Assembly: GCA_037381445.1 (NCBI GenBank)
Contig: JARRQT010000081.1
Coordinates: 1-18,984 of the forward strand
Length of the DNA stretch: 18,984 nucleotides
Reading direction: 5' to 3'
Source: Calditrichia bacterium
Lineage (GTDB): Bacteria; Calditrichota; Calditrichia; RBG-13-44-9
Within the stretch, counting starts at the first letter, position 1; each line of letters begins with the position of its first letter. A model generated the notes under the pieces. The model searched no databases, was not told where the DNA came from, and worked only from the letters and a program-made list of their open reading frames with translations. Both the position numbers and the translations under genes were made by a program. Positions 16,182 through 18,984 of this stretch are shown here, piece after piece.

Positions 16182-18908
16182 ATGGCAAATCCGTCATTTC
16201 AAAATAGAAAATCCATAATACGCACTCCGGATCAAAAATTACGAATTTTTGTGAGTTCGACCTTGAAGGAGATGGCTGCCGAAAGGGAAGCCGCCCGTCA
16301 GGCCATAGCGAATTTAAGACTTTCCCCGGTAATGTTCGAGCTGGGTGCAAGTCCCCATCTGGCTCAGGATCTCTACCGGGCTTATCTTGAACAGAGCCAT
16401 ATTTTTCTGGGAATCTATGGAGAGGAGTATGGTTGGGTTGCACCCGGCCAAAAGATGTCCGGTCTGGAAGAAGAATATCATCTGGCAAAAGATAAACCAA
16501 AGCTCATTTACATCACCAGGCCGGCGCCCAATCGTGATTCCCGTTTGCAGCATATGTTGAGAACAATCCGGGATAAGGAAGGTATATCCTATAAATATTT
16601 TACGACGCCGGAAGAATTGCATGAACTCATCCAAAATGACCTGGCGCTGTTGCTGACGGAGAGTTTTGAATCAATGCCACCAGAATCCATTTCGGCTGAG
16701 GCGATTGATATTCGTCCCGATCTTCCCAAACCACCTACTCCGATAATCGGCCGGGAAAAGGAGATCAAGAAAATCAGGGAACTTCTCCTCAATGATGCGA
16801 TCCGGTTGGTGACCCTCACTGGGCCCGGGGGAAGCGGGAAAACCAGGCTGAGCATCGAAGCTGCCCGGCGGCTCCCGGATCAATTCGATGAGATATATTT
16901 TGTTGAACTGGCAGCGATAACCGATCCGCAGCTTCTCGCATCCGGTATCGCACAGTCATTGGGAATTCGTGAAGCGGGCGCCAAATCCACAAAGACTTTG
17001 CTGATTGAGCAGCTTGCGGCCAAAAAAATATTGTTGGTACTGGATAATTTTGAGCAGATTATTTCCGGCGCCCTTTTTATCGCAGAGATCCTTGAAAAAT
17101 GCAGACAGGCAAAACTCCTCATCACCAGCCGGGTAATACTGCATATCCGGGGAGAAAGAAATTTTCCGGTGCCTCCTTTGCCGTTTCCCGACTTAAACGG
17201 CGATTCTAAATTCGAGGTTATTTCCCAATACGCCTCGGTTCAGCTTTTTTATCAGCGGGCGCAGTCGATTAAGCCTGATTTTACAATGGATGAAAAATCT
17301 GCCTCGGCTATCGCCGAAATCTGCCGGCGTTTGGATGGTCTGCCCCTTGCCATTGAGCTTGCCGCGGCACGAACGCGATTGTTTCCGCCCGCCGAAATGT
17401 TGGCGCGCCTTGATAAACGCCTGCCTATCCTTACGGGAGGCTCCCGGGATTTGCCGGAGCGGCAGCGAACCATGCGTAATGCGATAGCCTGGAGTTATGA
17501 ATTGCTTGATCCCGGGACGGCAGTTCTTTTTCGCCGACTGGCTGTTTTTGCCGGCGGTTTTACCATTGAGGCCGCAGAGACAGTTACAAACTTCGATAAC
17601 GCCATTCCATTGGATATATTCGAAGCCATAGAGAACCTGCTTGATAATAACCTTCTGCTTGCGCGAAAGCAACAAGGCTCCGAAGAACAACGGTTTGAAC
17701 TGATGGAGACCATACGCGAATACGCCATTGAAAAATTGGAGGAGAGCGGGGAACAGGCCAAATCGGAGCAGCAGCATGCAGAATATTTCGCGCAGCTGTC
17801 CGGAACCGCCGAACCGTTCTACCGCAGCGGGGAACGAATGAAATGGCTGGCGAAAATGGAGGCGGACCTGGATAATATCCGGGCAGTTTTAAGTCGGAGC
17901 CTCACTGCCCGAATCAGTGCGGAAACCGGTGTCCGGCTTGCGGGAAAATTGGGCTGGTTCTGGCATTTGCGCGGACACCTCTCAGAGGGGCGGGGCTGGA
18001 CGGAGTCAATACTGGCTTTGCCGATGGTAAAGCGCGATCCCGGACTGCGAGCGGCCGCCCTCTTTCCTGCCGGCGGCCTAGCATGGTCCCAGAGCGATTA
18101 TGAAGCTTCTGTTAAATATTTGGGAGAGAGCGTTAAGCTATTTCGGCAGACGGCAAACAAGTTATGGCAGATTCAATCTCTGGTTTTGCTTGCCGGAGCA
18201 ATCGCCAGCATCGGCGATTATAAAAAATCCTATGATTTTGCCAATGAAGCTGTGGAGCTTGCCAAATCAATCAATGACCGGTGGGGTGAAGCCTACAGCC
18301 TTTATTGGCTGGGGGACATCCTTATACTTAAAACCGGCAATATATCGGAAGCAAAGAATCTATACGAAAAGAGTCTGTCAATTTACAGCGATCTAAATGA
18401 TCCATGGGGTGAAGCAGAAGCGAAGGGACATATTGGAATTGCCGCAATTTTTCAAATGGATTATGAGGCCGCCCGGATCAATTTTGAGAAGAGTCTGGCC
18501 TATATGAAGGTAATTCGGGACGAATGGGCAATAGCCCGCGGACTATCCGGGCTTGGTTACGCATTGTTTTATTCGCAGGAGACTGAACAGGCGAAATCCT
18601 ATTTCCGGAAAGCATTGTTCCATTGGGATGAGCTGGGTAATAAGGCAGGGATTCAAATGTGCCTGGCAGGCATGGCCCGGATTGCGGTAGAGGAAGGCCG
18701 CCTGGAGAGAGCCGTTACTCTGTATGGTGCGGCACCGGATCCGGTCCGGATTGTCGGGATCCTGTTAGCCCATACGAATAATTTCGAATATCGGGAGCTT
18801 ATCACATCGCTGCGATCCAAAATGGGTGCTGATGCCTGGCAACAGGCGTATCAGCAGGGCAATTCCATGTCTTTGCGGCAGGCCATGGAGCTGGCGGAGA
18901 CCGATTAG
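16182..18908 (+). CDS. DUF4062 - STAND (NB-ARC/COG3903-like) ATPase - TPR protein
   Basis: RBS GGGGAGG (16171-16177); DUF4062 motifs RIFVSST, FLGIYGEEYG, SGLEEEY; Walker A GPGGSGKT (aa 214-221), Walker B LLVLDNFE, ITSR, GLPLAIELAA, WSYELL, LMETIREYA; C-terminal TPR repeats with DxWGEA motifs. Confidence 0.92.
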   Translation: MANPSFQNRKSIIRTPDQKLRIFVSSTLKEMAAEREAARQAIANLRLSPVMFELGASPHLAQDLYRAYLEQSHIFLGIYGEEYGWVAPGQKMSGLEEEYHLAKDKPKLIYITRPAPNRDSRLQHMLRTIRDKEGISYKYFTTPEELHELIQNDLALLLTESFESMPPESISAEAIDIRPDLPKPPTPIIGREKEIKKIRELLLNDAIRLVTLTGPGGSGKTRLSIEAARRLPDQFDEIYFVELAAITDPQLLASGIAQSLGIREAGAKSTKTLLIEQLAAKKILLVLDNFEQIISGALFIAEILEKCRQAKLLITSRVILHIRGERNFPVPPLPFPDLNGDSKFEVISQYASVQLFYQRAQSIKPDFTMDEKSASAIAEICRRLDGLPLAIELAAARTRLFPPAEMLARLDKRLPILTGGSRDLPERQRTMRNAIAWSYELLDPGTAVLFRRLAVFAGGFTIEAAETVTNFDNAIPLDIFEAIENLLDNNLLLARKQQGSEEQRFELMETIREYAIEKLEESGEQAKSEQQHAEYFAQLSGTAEPFYRSGERMKWLAKMEADLDNIRAVLSRSLTARISAETGVRLAGKLGWFWHLRGHLSEGRGWTESILALPMVKRDPGLRAAALFPAGGLAWSQSDYEASVKYLGESVKLFRQTANKLWQIQSLVLLAGAIASIGDYKKSYDFANEAVELAKSINDRWGEAYSLYWLGDILILKTGNISEAKNLYEKSLSIYSDLNDPWGEAEAKGHIGIAAIFQMDYEAARINFEKSLAYMKVIRDEWAIARGLSGLGYALFYSQETEQAKSYFRKALFHWDELGNKAGIQMCLAGMARIAVEEGRLERAVTLYGAAPDPVRIVGILLAHTNNFEYRELITSLRSKMGADAWQQAYQQGNSMSLRQAMELAETD

Positions 18909-18984
18909 TGGCAACTTGGGTGCGGGTCCGGTATTGTGGCTCCGTGACGAGACGGCAGCGGGCGCTGTGACATAATTCATTGAG

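Overview
Mosaic accessory region of a diderm bacterium, probably FCB-related (Calditrichota/KSB1/Ignavibacteriota-like; inferred from T9SS-type-A C-terminal sorting domains and the MIGKTISHY-type kinase). Left to right it contains: (1) two tandem secreted proteins with sorting domains; (2) a junction with a 21-bp inverted repeat, a tRNA-3'-end-like fragment and a short HTH ORF; (3) an AT-rich signalling module of membrane Ser/Thr kinase-TPR, a GAF/sigma-54 enhancer-binding protein split by a +1 frameshift, a candidate UAS and -24/-12 promoter, and a lipoprotein; (4) a second, truncated copy of the HTH sequence; (5) a GC-rich minus-strand operon of XRE regulator plus Zn-ribbon/DUF2726-like nuclease; (6) a decayed membrane-transporter fragment; (7) a beta-propeller/Y_Y_Y sensor fused to a SpoIIE PP2C phosphatase; (8) a HExxH lipoprotein; (9) a DUF4062-STAND ATPase-TPR (NLR-like) protein. 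The best candidates for undescribed systems are the kinase/sigma-54 activator cassette, the XRE + nuclease pair and the NLR-like protein. All domain calls come from reading motifs by eye; no database searches were run.
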